Under the pieces are notes generated by a model. It worked only from the letters and a program-made list of their open reading frames with translations. It had not been told where the DNA came from and did no database searches. A DNA stretch of 64,000 nucleotides from Planctomycetota bacterium (GTDB lineage: Bacteria > Planctomycetota > UBA1135 > UBA2386): assembly GCA_965223545.1 (NCBI GenBank), contig OZ245006.1, positions 288,001-352,000 on the forward strand, read 5' to 3'. The position numbers and the translations under genes are program-made. Positions 37,901 to 47,651 of this stretch are shown here, one piece after another (position 1 is the first letter of the stretch; every line of letters starts with the position of its first letter).

Positions 37901-40894
37901 ATGGCCCGCAGGGAAGACCAGCTGTTCATCCGCTTCCGGCGCCACGGCGACGCCGACGCGCTGGCGTCCGTCTTCGATGCCACCGCACAAGAGCTCCTGC
38001 GCCTCGCGCGGCATCTCGCGCCGGACGACGCCGCCGAGGACTTGGTCCAGCGCACCTACCTCGACGCGATCCAGCACGCCGACCGCTACGACGCGAACCG
38101 CGGCGTCGTGCCGTGGCTGTGCGGCCTGCTCGCCATCCACGCGCGCCGTCATCGGCGCGCCTTGCAGCGGCGCAGGAAGGGCAACCAACGCCTGCGCGAA
38201 ACCCCGCCGAGACGGACTCCGGATCCCGCCGCCACGGCGGAGAGCGCGGAGCTCAGCGCGGTGGTCCGCGCCGAGATCGCCCGCGCCGGCTCCCCGTACA
38301 CCGAAGTACTGCAGCTGCAGCTCGAAGAGGGGCTCAGCGCGCGCGCGATCGCCGAGCGCTTGGGCCGGCCGCCGGGCACGGTCCGCACCCAGCTGGTGCG
38401 GGGCATCGACCGCTTGCGCCAACGGCTCGTCGGGTGCGCGCCTGCCACAATCGCCGTCACGACGGCTTCGACACACCAAGTGGCACCACTGCGCGCGGCC
38501 GTTGTGGCGGCGGCGCGGCGCGCGGGCCCATCGCTCGTTCCGGCCTCCACTGCCGCACTCGGAGCCCTCGCCATGAAGAAGCTCGCCCTCGCGATTCCGC
38601 TCGTCTTCCTCGCCACCCTGGTCGGGTGGTGGGCGATACCCACACAAGCCCCCCTGCAGCGCAGCGACCCGTCGCCGGACACCGCCGACCTCGGCGCCGC
38701 GACCGTCGGCAGCGCGCGCGACAACCGCGCCGCCGGGGCAACGCCGACCGCGCGACGGGCCGTCTCGCCCGCCGGCGCGCCGCGCACTCCGGCGCCGCGC
38801 CCGCTTCTCGCACGAGTCGTGGCGCTCGACGAGACTCCCCAGCCCGAGCGCTTCATCGTTGTCCGCGACGCCGGCCGACGCCTGGCCTCCGGCTGGACCG
38901 ACGCCCGCGGTGAGGCGCGCTTCGACGACGTCCCCGAGAGCGCTCGGCTGCAGTGCGGTCCGGTGACCGTTTCGGCGACCGACGCCATTCGCAGCACCGA
39001 CGCACCCGTCGTCGTGGTCCTTACCATGCCCGCCGGCAAGGCCGTCCGCGGGCGCGTCGTCGACGCCTTCGACCAGCCGGTCGCCGGCGCCGCCGTGCTG
39101 GGCTGGGGTGGCGGCGACCGCGACGACGGGCAGCCACTGACCCGGTCCGGCGCCGACGGCCGTTTCGAGGTCGACGAACTCCAGTCCAAGGTGATCGAGG
39201 TGCGCAAGGACGGCTTCGAGGTCGGCTGGAGCGGGTTGCTCGCGCAGGGCGCGGACGTGACGGTGCGACTGCGGCCGAACGACCGTCACTTGAGCGGCAT
39301 CGTGCTCGCGCCCGACGGATCGCCGGCCGCCGGCGCCCGCGTCTTCGTCTTCGCCTACCTCGACCGCCCGGTCACCCACGGCGACAGCGGCGGTCGCAAC
39401 TTCGAGGCCGCGTTCGACGCCGACGACCGGGGGCGCTTCGCGATTGGTTGGCTGCCCGCGGGCTCCGGCCACGTCGTGGCGACGCCCGGCACCGTCGACG
39501 CGAACACCACCCCGGTGTGGGCGGCGATGACGGAGCTCGGACTGAGCGGATCGACGCGCGCCGCGCTGACTTTGCGGGGGGTCGCGACCGGCTCGGTCCG
39601 CGTGACGATCGCGGACGAGCACGGTGCGCCGATGCAGCGCGCGGTCGCGCGCACGCGCGCCTCCGGAGTTGTCTTCGGCATGTCGGTGCCGATACGTGCC
39701 AGTGGGCAGACGAACGCCGAAGGGGTCGCCACGATCGATGGCCTGGTCGCGGGCCCGCACGTCGTGACGGTCTACCGCGGCAGCGACCGCCAAGAGCGGA
39801 CCGCTGAGGTCGCTCCCGGAAGAACCACCGAGCTCGCCTTTCGCTGGGAACCAGCACGGACCTTCGCCCTGGAACTCGTCGATCCGGCGGGTCATCCGCA
39901 CGCGCGCTGGCGCGCGCTCCTGCGCGGCGGCGGCCACACTACCGGAACAATCCTGTCGACAACGGGCGAGGACGGCATCGCGGAGTTCGAGGGACTCGCC
40001 GAAGACGTCTCCTACTCCCTGGTCGTTTTTGCCCCCAACCAGCCCATTCACCCGGTCGCACGCCGCGACGGCATCGATGCGGACACGGGGCGGATGCGAA
40101 TGCAACTCGACGAGTCGCAGCTCCAACCGCGCAGTCTCCGTGGCCAATTCGTCGCCACCGACGGCCCGGTCACCGGCGAGGCAAAGCTTGTGCCGCTGGG
40201 CGGCGGGCTGCAGAACACGGCGGAACTCACCGACGGCGCGTTCGCGTTCGACGACATGCCTCCGGGCCGCTACCGCCTGTTCCTCGACGCCACGGACCAC
40301 GTCATGGACGCGCGCGAAGTGGAGATCTCTCCCGGCGCCGACACCGAGCTGCCCGCAGTAACCGTCGTTGCCGCGGCCAGGCTACGGGTCGCGTGCCCGG
40401 GACTCGGCGTCCAAGACGCCGACAAGCTCCGGGTCGCACTCGCGCGCACCCACCCGGCGTTCGAGCTCACACGCTCCTCGGAGCAGGCCGCCGAGTGGCG
40501 CTGCGGCCACGCGATGCACCCCGGCACCTACCGGCTGTTGGTCTACGGCACCGACACGCTCCCATTGGACATGGAGGTCGAGCTGCGCCCGGGCGACCAA
40601 GTGATCCAGTTCGAGCTGCCGGGGACCGCGACTCCGGTGGCGCTGCGCGCCCGGCTCCAAGACACGGACTACGGCGCCATCGCCCGCGGCGAAGTGGAGA
40701 TCGAGGGCAACGGGGTTGCGATCCGCGAGCGGTTCTTCGGCCACTTCGACGACATCGAAGAGCAGCTCGCCATCCGCCGCTTCGGCCTCGCGCCCGGATC
40801 CTACGAAGTCACGGTGCGCGGCATGAAGGGCGAGACGTCGCAGACGATCGAGGTGGGAACAGTTGCGCTCGACGTCGATCTGGCCGTGCGCTGA
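37901..40894 (+). CDS. ECF sigma factor fused to a TM helix and extracytoplasmic carboxypeptidase-regulatory-like repeats
   Basis: Sigma region 2 AEDLVQRTYL...PWLCG, region 4 EGLSARAIAERLGRPPGTVRTQL, TM segment LALAIPLVFLATLVGWW, repeated GRVVD..GxPVAGA / TDxxG.F motifs. Confidence 0.87.
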   Translation: MARREDQLFIRFRRHGDADALASVFDATAQELLRLARHLAPDDAAEDLVQRTYLDAIQHADRYDANRGVVPWLCGLLAIHARRHRRALQRRRKGNQRLRETPPRRTPDPAATAESAELSAVVRAEIARAGSPYTEVLQLQLEEGLSARAIAERLGRPPGTVRTQLVRGIDRLRQRLVGCAPATIAVTTASTHQVAPLRAAVVAAARRAGPSLVPASTAALGALAMKKLALAIPLVFLATLVGWWAIPTQAPLQRSDPSPDTADLGAATVGSARDNRAAGATPTARRAVSPAGAPRTPAPRPLLARVVALDETPQPERFIVVRDAGRRLASGWTDARGEARFDDVPESARLQCGPVTVSATDAIRSTDAPVVVVLTMPAGKAVRGRVVDAFDQPVAGAAVLGWGGGDRDDGQPLTRSGADGRFEVDELQSKVIEVRKDGFEVGWSGLLAQGADVTVRLRPNDRHLSGIVLAPDGSPAAGARVFVFAYLDRPVTHGDSGGRNFEAAFDADDRGRFAIGWLPAGSGHVVATPGTVDANTTPVWAAMTELGLSGSTRAALTLRGVATGSVRVTIADEHGAPMQRAVARTRASGVVFGMSVPIRASGQTNAEGVATIDGLVAGPHVVTVYRGSDRQERTAEVAPGRTTELAFRWEPARTFALELVDPAGHPHARWRALLRGGGHTTGTILSTTGEDGIAEFEGLAEDVSYSLVVFAPNQPIHPVARRDGIDADTGRMRMQLDESQLQPRSLRGQFVATDGPVTGEAKLVPLGGGLQNTAELTDGAFAFDDMPPGRYRLFLDATDHVMDAREVEISPGADTELPAVTVVAAARLRVACPGLGVQDADKLRVALARTHPAFELTRSSEQAAEWRCGHAMHPGTYRLLVYGTDTLPLDMEVELRPGDQVIQFELPGTATPVALRARLQDTDYGAIARGEVEIEGNGVAIRERFFGHFDDIEEQLAIRRFGLAPGSYEVTVRGMKGETSQTIEVGTVALDVDLAVR

Positions 40895-41033
40895 GGGGCG
40901 GCGGGCAAACGCGAAGCGCAGTCAAAGCGCAACAGCGCAACATCACAACGATAGGGCATGGTGGTTGGTTCCCCCCGTCCAAGGTCCCCGGTCGCACCGC
41001 CCGCGGCCGTCGAGCCAGGTTAGACTCGACGCC

Positions 41034-42926
41034 ATGGCACACACACCGACAGTCCATGCTCTCCTGGCGACCTCGATCCTCGGGATTATTGGAGACGTCC
41101 GCTCGCAGGGCGACGTATGGGTCCTCGGGCCGCCCAATGGCATCGATGACACCGCAGCCTTCCAGAACGCCATTTCTGGTTCGACTGAGACGACACCGAC
41201 CTTGATCACGTTCGCTCATCCGGGCACCTATCGCTTCGGTCCAGTCGCTGGCGACGCGCAGGACCCCTTGTTCGAAATCCATGGGTTCACCGACCTCCAG
41301 ATCACTGCTGTCGCGGGCGTCACGATCGAGCTCTTTGGCTATGACCGAGTGAAGGGAAGCTCGAAGGACATCTTTGAGCTCAGCGGCTGCAACAGCGTCA
41401 CGATCTCGGGTGCCGATGCCACCAACCCTCTCGTGTTCGACATGGAGCCAAGCTCCGGCGGATCGAACGGGCTGCCGTGGTTTCAAGGCACCCTACATGA
41501 CATCGACCTCATCGGTGGGTTCGCCACGATCCGCATCACGGACCCCGACTTCTACCTGCCAAGCGGTGTGCAGATTGCGGAACCTTGGAGCGCCCGTCCA
41601 TTCATCAACGGATATCCACATGCGGAACGAACGGTTTGGGGTGCCGCTCATAGCGGCGTGATCCTCCCGGCACCTCCCCCCATGGCGACCCATCAGGACG
41701 TAACACTGAGCTATGCCGCTTCTGCGAGCGCCCGCCTGAGTACTTGGGCGACCGGCGACCGCATCGTCGTCTCGCTGGGGGACAGCGAACAAGCGCTGTT
41801 CCAATGCCGCAACCTGAGCGGAATCCCGAACTCCGATCTCGAGTTCACGAACATCGAAGTCCGTTGTTTCGCCGGAAAGACACTCATGCTCGGCAACACA
41901 CACGGCGTCACGCTCGACAACTACAACGTCCGCCCCGCATCGACTCTCCGGAAGCTCTCTTCGGTCCGAGACGGGGTCTCCGGACGGCCGACAGGAGAGG
42001 TCGTCATTCGCAACTGTGAGTTCAAAAAATGCGGAGACGACGCCATTCAGATGGGCTCCCAACCGGTCGCGCGCGTCGTCAGCTATGACGCCTTGCTGTC
42101 CCAGGCAGTGATCGCACTCGCGACTCCGGCGGGGCAACAACATCCCAACTACAAGCCAGGTTGGGCTGTCGAAGCACGGCCAGCGTCTTGGTCCCGCTCG
42201 AATCGCGAGACGGCAACAATCCTCTCGGTCCAGAACTCCGGCGCTCAGCAAACCCTGACCCTGTTGAACGAGACGCCCGGGTTCGCCGCGGTCATGAAGC
42301 CCGACGCACTGTTGTTCGCCGTCTCCCAGAACTGGAGTTCCTGCCTCGTCGATTCGTGCGTGATCAAGAGCGTGCGTGGTGGCGGGATCAAGCTGCGCAA
42401 CGGCCCGATCACGATCAGGAACAGCCAGATCTTCAAGACGACGTCCTACGGGATCTTCCTCGGCGGCGGTACTCCATCGGCCGGATCGAAGTACCCGCTC
42501 GGTGGAAACGTCTATCCCCCTGATTCCTCGGAGATCACGAACTGCGACATCCAGCACGCCGGTCCCCGAGGCAACATTCACCCCTCCATGCACGCGTCGG
42601 TCTACATCGGCGTTGCCGATGACGTCGTCAACGGCCAGTGGCAGAACCCAACCGCCTCGTGCGACGTGATCACGAACGTCCTGGTCCAGAACAACCGCTT
42701 CATCAGCGACCGCACCTACGCTCGGGGCGGTCTGTACTGTCACGGCATCGGTGGCGCGACCGGACTGCAGCTGGTGAACAACGACTTCCAAGACCTGGGA
42801 GACAGCACGACCTCAAATCTGCCCTGGCAGTACGGGGTGTACACCAGCGACTGCGTCATCACCACTGACACCGGAAACACCTACACGAACTGCTACAAGC
42901 CCTCGTTCTTTGGCGGGTGCCAGTAG
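41034..42926 (+). CDS. Secreted right-handed parallel beta-helix protein (GH110-like/pectin lyase fold)
   Basis: Signal-like N terminus, GIDDTAAFQNAI cap motif, RKLSSVRDG...IRNCEFKKCGDDAIQM, repeated I.N..F strands. Confidence 0.7.
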   Translation: MAHTPTVHALLATSILGIIGDVRSQGDVWVLGPPNGIDDTAAFQNAISGSTETTPTLITFAHPGTYRFGPVAGDAQDPLFEIHGFTDLQITAVAGVTIELFGYDRVKGSSKDIFELSGCNSVTISGADATNPLVFDMEPSSGGSNGLPWFQGTLHDIDLIGGFATIRITDPDFYLPSGVQIAEPWSARPFINGYPHAERTVWGAAHSGVILPAPPPMATHQDVTLSYAASASARLSTWATGDRIVVSLGDSEQALFQCRNLSGIPNSDLEFTNIEVRCFAGKTLMLGNTHGVTLDNYNVRPASTLRKLSSVRDGVSGRPTGEVVIRNCEFKKCGDDAIQMGSQPVARVVSYDALLSQAVIALATPAGQQHPNYKPGWAVEARPASWSRSNRETATILSVQNSGAQQTLTLLNETPGFAAVMKPDALLFAVSQNWSSCLVDSCVIKSVRGGGIKLRNGPITIRNSQIFKTTSYGIFLGGGTPSAGSKYPLGGNVYPPDSSEITNCDIQHAGPRGNIHPSMHASVYIGVADDVVNGQWQNPTASCDVITNVLVQNNRFISDRTYARGGLYCHGIGGATGLQLVNNDFQDLGDSTTSNLPWQYGVYTSDCVITTDTGNTYTNCYKPSFFGGCQ

Positions 42927-42951
42927 CCCGCGCTCTTACACTGGATCGCCG

Positions 42952-43983
42952 ATGGTGCGTCCGGTCCAAAACCCACCGAACCCTTGGGCCCAAACCCACG
43001 TCGATCTCGGCGTGGCGCCCCCAGACGCGCGGCTCGAGGTCTACGAGGAAGAGGCCAAGAGCGTGGTGTCGCGCAACGAGAGCCCCGACGTGCCGTTCAC
43101 GTTCAGCATCAATCCCTATCGCGGCTGCCACCACGGCTGTGCCTACTGCTACGCGCGGCCGACGCACGAGTACTTGGGGTTCGGCGCGGGCACCGACTTC
43201 GAACGGCGCATCGTGGTGAAGACCAACGCAGCCGCATTGCTCGAGGACGCGCTGCGCAAGGGCACGACGCGCGGCGAGGTGCTCGCGTTCTCCGGGGTGA
43301 CCGACTGCTACCAGCCGCTCGAGGCCAGCTACCGGCTGACGCGCCGCTGTCTCGCGGTGTGCGCGCGCTTCGAACAGCCGGTCGGCATCATCACCAAAGG
43401 TGCGTTGGTCGAGCGCGACATCGACCTCCTGTCGGAACTTGGCCGCGTAGCGCGCGCGTCGGTGTTCTTGAGCATCCCGTTCGCCGACGACGCGATGGCG
43501 CAGCGGATCGAGCCCTTCGCGCCGACGCCGACGCGGCGGCTGCGCGCCCTGGCAGCGCTGGCCGAGGCCGGCATCGACTGCGGCGTCGCGGTGGCGCCGA
43601 TCATCCCCGGCCTCAACGACGACCAGATCCCCCGGATCCTGAGGGCTGCGCGCGACGCCGGCGCGCGGCGCGCGTTCCCGATCCTGCTGCGCCTGCCCGG
43701 CAACGTCCGCGCCGTGTTCGCCGAGCGGCTGCACGAGCGCGAGCCGCTGCGGGCAGAACGCGTGCTGCGGTCCACCGCGGCGGCGCGCGGCGGCGACGAC
43801 GCCGGCCAGCACCGGTTCGGCAAGCGGATGGTCGGCAGCGGCCCTCGCTGGGACGCCGTGCGGCAGCTGTTTGCCCTCGAGTGCGCCCGGCTGGGCTACA
43901 GCACGGCCGACGAGCGGCGGTCGATGCCCGAGCCACGACCGGCGCGGCGGCCGCGGCAGCGCGGACTGTTCGGCGACGACTGA
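42952..43983 (+). CDS. Radical SAM protein, PA0069/Rv2578c (SplB-like) family
   Basis: SINPYRGCHHGCAYCYARPTHEYL and SGVTDCYQPLE. Confidence 0.9.
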   Translation: MVRPVQNPPNPWAQTHVDLGVAPPDARLEVYEEEAKSVVSRNESPDVPFTFSINPYRGCHHGCAYCYARPTHEYLGFGAGTDFERRIVVKTNAAALLEDALRKGTTRGEVLAFSGVTDCYQPLEASYRLTRRCLAVCARFEQPVGIITKGALVERDIDLLSELGRVARASVFLSIPFADDAMAQRIEPFAPTPTRRLRALAALAEAGIDCGVAVAPIIPGLNDDQIPRILRAARDAGARRAFPILLRLPGNVRAVFAERLHEREPLRAERVLRSTAAARGGDDAGQHRFGKRMVGSGPRWDAVRQLFALECARLGYSTADERRSMPEPRPARRPRQRGLFGDD

Positions 43984-44090
43984 ACCGAACTCGGCACCAG
44001 CCAAGGACATGCGCCCCCATCTTCCACGGCGGCCACGGGCGTTCGTTGACGCGCCCGCACGGCCCGCCTAGCTTGACCGCGACCTTGGTC

Positions 44091-45119
44091 ATGGGAGGCC
44101 TCTTGAACTCACGCAGCACCCCTCGAGCCGCACCTCTGGCTCTGCTCGTCCTCGGCGCATGCGCCACGACCCACCGGCCGGTGGTGGCCCCGCCGACGCC
44201 TGCCGCGGACGGTAGCGCGCCCGCCGCCGTGCCGGCGCGGCCGGCACCGCAGGACTACACCCCGACCGGCCTGTTCGCCGAGGAGCACGGCGACTTCCTC
44301 GCCAAGGCCGATCGCTTCCGGCCGTCGGTCACCGGCACCTTCGCGATGCTGCCCAACGCATCGCTGAACAACGAGCCCGGCGACTTCGACTTGGCGCGTT
44401 TCCAGACCGGAGGTCGGATCCCGTTGGTGATCGACCCCGACTCGGTGTTCCTGGTCGGCGCCCGCGCCGAAGCGCGGCGCTACGAGTTCAGCTCGGGCTT
44501 CGGCGTGCCGGACGAGAACCTCGGCAGCGTCGGCCTCGAGTTCGGCTATGGCCGCTTCCTCAACCGCGACACCTACGCGCACGCGACCTTCGAGCCGGGG
44601 ATCTACTCCGACTTCGAGGGGACCCTGCACCACCAGGACTACAAGTTCTTCGGTGAGGGCCTGGTGGTGTTCCGCTACGCGGAGGATCTCTACTTCAAGG
44701 GCGGCGTGCGGGTCTCCGAGGACTTCGCCGACGCACCGGTCTATCCCATGGCCGGCCTGTCCTGGATCGCCAACGAGCAGTGGCGCGTCGACATCCTGCT
44801 GCCACGGCGCGCCGAGGTTTCCTACCAGCCGCAGACGCCGACGACCTTCTACGCCGGCATCGACCTCGAGGGCCAGGAGTACCACCTGCGCAGCTCGGCG
44901 GCCACCGGCCGGCAGGAGTTCGACTTCCAGGTGCAGGAGATCCGCGTCTACGTCGGCGGCATCCACCGCTTCACCGACCACCTGTCGGCGTTCGGCCGCT
45001 TTGGCGCCGCCGTCGCCGGCGACCACAAGCTGCGCAGCGACAACAACCTCGGCCGGAGGATCAACGGCCAGCTCGACCCGACCCTGCTGTTCGAGGTCGG
45101 CGTCGGCTGGGACTTCTGA
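44091..45119 (+). CDS. Outer-membrane beta-barrel protein with an N-terminal lipobox (DUF6268-like)
   Basis: LVLGAC lipobox, amphipathic strands, C-terminal beta-signal VGVGWDF. TTG 44103 is an alternative start with a GGAGG RBS. Confidence 0.7.
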   Translation: MGGLLNSRSTPRAAPLALLVLGACATTHRPVVAPPTPAADGSAPAAVPARPAPQDYTPTGLFAEEHGDFLAKADRFRPSVTGTFAMLPNASLNNEPGDFDLARFQTGGRIPLVIDPDSVFLVGARAEARRYEFSSGFGVPDENLGSVGLEFGYGRFLNRDTYAHATFEPGIYSDFEGTLHHQDYKFFGEGLVVFRYAEDLYFKGGVRVSEDFADAPVYPMAGLSWIANEQWRVDILLPRRAEVSYQPQTPTTFYAGIDLEGQEYHLRSSAATGRQEFDFQVQEIRVYVGGIHRFTDHLSAFGRFGAAVAGDHKLRSDNNLGRRINGQLDPTLLFEVGVGWDF

Positions 45120-45131
45120 CCGCCGGCCCGC

Positions 45132-46775
45132 CTACTCGGCGGGCTTTGCCTCACCCGAGACCGGCGGCACTCCCGCAGCCGGTGGCCCGTCGCCCTTCGG
45201 CGGCGTGCCCTTGGCAACGCCCGGCGTCAGCTTGCTGTCCTTGTCGAGGATGCGGCCCAACGCGTCCGGCATCTCGATGCCGCCGATGTCGCGCATGATG
45301 TTCAGCATCGGCGGCAGCGAGCTCGCCAGCCCTTGCAAGAAGCCCGCGGTGCCACCGTTGCCGTTGCCGCTGCCGGTGTCCCAGACCACGACCTTGTCGA
45401 ACTTGATGTTCTGGATCGCCTTGGCTGCGTTCTCGGACAGCTTCTCCAGGTGCTCGAGGACCAGCAGCTGGAACGCCTCCTGCGCGCCACCGCAGCCGTC
45501 CACGATCTGCCGCAGACCCTCGCCCTTCTTCGCCAGGATCTCGTACTCACCGCGCGCCTGCGCATCGAGCCGCGCGAAGATCGCATCCGCCTCACCCTGC
45601 GCCTCGATCCGGCGCTGATCGCTCAAAGCTTCGGCGTCGACGATCACCTTGGCCTTGTTGGCCTTGGCGACCGCCTCGAGCTCGGCGCGCTTTTCCTGTT
45701 CGATCTTGGTGGCCAGCGCCTGGGCGGCGATCGCCTCGGCCTTGTACTGCGCCTCGAGCACCGAAGCCTCGGCCTCGCGCTTGCGGGTCTCGCCCAGCTG
45801 ATACGCATCGGCCTCGCGCACGCGCAGAGACGCGTTGGCGTCGGCGATCTCGCTCTTGGCGTGGTTCTCGCCGGCGACCGCCTTGGCGTTGGCGTCCGCC
45901 ACCCGCACGCGCATCTCGCGTTCGGCTTCCTTGACCTGCGAGTCACGCTCGTAGCGCGCGGTCTCCTCGCCGATCACCTTGGCCTTCTCCAGGTCGGCGA
46001 CCCGCACCGACTGCTCGCGCTCGGCGTCCTTGGTGCCGATCGTCTGCTCCTTGTGCCGGTTGGCGACCTCGATCGCGCGCTCGCGCTCCGCCTCGGCGAC
46101 ACCGATCGCGCCGCGCTTCTGCTGCACGGCGACATCGATCTCGGCCTGCTGCACCGCGGTGGAGGCGGCCTTGCGGCCGATCGCCTCGATGTAGCCCGAC
46201 TCGTCGGTGATGTCGGTGATGTTGACGTTGATCAGCACCAAACCGATCTTCTCCAGCTCGGGCTCGAGCGAGGTCTGGATCTGCTCCAGGAACTTGTCGC
46301 GGTCGCGGTTGATGTCCTCGATGTTCATCGAGGCGATCACCTGGCGCAGCTGACCGAAGATGATGTCCTCGGCCTGCTTCATGATCTCGCGCGTCTCCAG
46401 CCCCAGCAGGCGGATCGCCGCGTTGTTCATCGTCGCCGGATCGGTGCCGATCGCGACGGTGAACACGCTGGGCACGTTGACGCGGATGTTCTCCGCCGAC
46501 AGCGCCCCCTTGAGCGGCACCTCGATCTGGATCGGATCGAGGCTCAGAAAGCCGTAGTCCTGGATCAGCGGGATGACGAAGGCACCGCCGCCGTGCATGC
46601 AGCGCGCCGAGTGCCCCTCCCGCACCTTGCCGTAGATGACCAGGATCTTGTTGCTGGGGCAGCGCTTGTAGCGCTTGATCAGCAACATCACCAAGCCGAA
46701 CACGAACAGGACCCCGACGACGACGCCGACCAGCAGCCAGACGTCGCTGTTGTTGGTGCCGAATTGTGCGATCAC
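45132..46775 (-). CDS. Flotillin/SPFH domain protein
   Basis: TM segment, RYKRCPSNKILVIYG, GGGAFVIPLIQ, GQLRQVIA, and an AE-rich coiled coil. Confidence 0.9.
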   Translation of the reverse strand: MIAQFGTNNSDVWLLVGVVVGVLFVFGLVMLLIKRYKRCPSNKILVIYGKVREGHSARCMHGGGAFVIPLIQDYGFLSLDPIQIEVPLKGALSAENIRVNVPSVFTVAIGTDPATMNNAAIRLLGLETREIMKQAEDIIFGQLRQVIASMNIEDINRDRDKFLEQIQTSLEPELEKIGLVLINVNITDITDESGYIEAIGRKAASTAVQQAEIDVAVQQKRGAIGVAEAERERAIEVANRHKEQTIGTKDAEREQSVRVADLEKAKVIGEETARYERDSQVKEAEREMRVRVADANAKAVAGENHAKSEIADANASLRVREADAYQLGETRKREAEASVLEAQYKAEAIAAQALATKIEQEKRAELEAVAKANKAKVIVDAEALSDQRRIEAQGEADAIFARLDAQARGEYEILAKKGEGLRQIVDGCGGAQEAFQLLVLEHLEKLSENAAKAIQNIKFDKVVVWDTGSGNGNGGTAGFLQGLASSLPPMLNIMRDIGGIEMPDALGRILDKDSKLTPGVAKGTPPKGDGPPAAGVPPVSGEAKPAE

Positions 46776-46838
46776 TCCGCCTCCTCTTGCTTTGCTTCGA
46801 ATCCCATCAACGAGTCTCTTCTCACCGGCGCCCCGGCC

Positions 46839-47375
46839 TCACAGGGCCTGCACCTCGACCGTGTCCTGCGCCGGCGTCGCCACCACGGTGACCTGCGCCC
46901 CGGTCGGCAGCTCGGCGCCGCGCGTCACCGCCTTGCACTCCAGCCGCCGGCCCTGGACCTCGAGGATCACCTTGCCGAGCCCTTGGTTCTCGGCCGGGAT
47001 CCGCAGGTAGACCTTGCCCTGCACGCCGACCGCCTTGCCGAGGTCGACGTTGCCCTGCGACTGCAGCTTGAGCAGCGCCGTCATCAGGTAGGCGACCAAG
47101 ATCATCGCCACCGCGCCGGCGCCGAGGGCGACCAACAGGACCTGCGTCGGGTCCCAGCCGCGCCCCTGCGCCGCCAGGCCGCCGATGCCGAAGAACGCCA
47201 AGAACGCGACCACCGTCTTGAACGACAAGACTTTGAACGCGACGTCCGCGCCATCGAAGTCGCCGACGTCGGCGACGTCGCCGGCATCGCCGCCGAGACC
47301 GATGAACATCAGGGCGGTCTGCACGACGAGAATCGTGCCTCCCAACGCCGCACACACGAGGTACAGGGTGTCCAT
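46839..47375 (-). CDS. NfeD-like membrane protein (flotillin partner)
   Basis: TM helices plus an OB-fold tail GKVYLRIP...GKV...GRRLE..A; lies directly upstream of the flotillin gene. Confidence 0.82.
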   Translation of the reverse strand: MDTLYLVCAALGGTILVVQTALMFIGLGGDAGDVADVGDFDGADVAFKVLSFKTVVAFLAFFGIGGLAAQGRGWDPTQVLLVALGAGAVAMILVAYLMTALLKLQSQGNVDLGKAVGVQGKVYLRIPAENQGLGKVILEVQGRRLECKAVTRGAELPTGAQVTVVATPAQDTVEVQAL

Positions 47376-47651
47376 ACTTCCTCTTGACGTTGCGCCGCCG
47401 GATGTCGCGCCGCGGCGGCCACTGCGCCACGCCGACCTGTGGCGTGGTGTCCGGGGCTACCTCCGGCTACCCCCCATTATTCAGGAGGCAGTCCCCGGAT
47501 CCCAACACAGAGATGCGCGGCGCCGCATCGCCCCACCGCAACCGGCAGCTGCACCTGCACGCGCTGCGCAATGCGCCGGCCAGCACCTACCGAGCCCGCC
47601 CCGAGGGTGTACCCTCCGGCGACCGACTAGGCCGCACGCGACCATCTTTCG

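Noticed and set aside
40915..40939. Three AGCGCA hexamers upstream of the beta-helix gene
   Set aside because: Irregular spacing and a short motif; could be chance.
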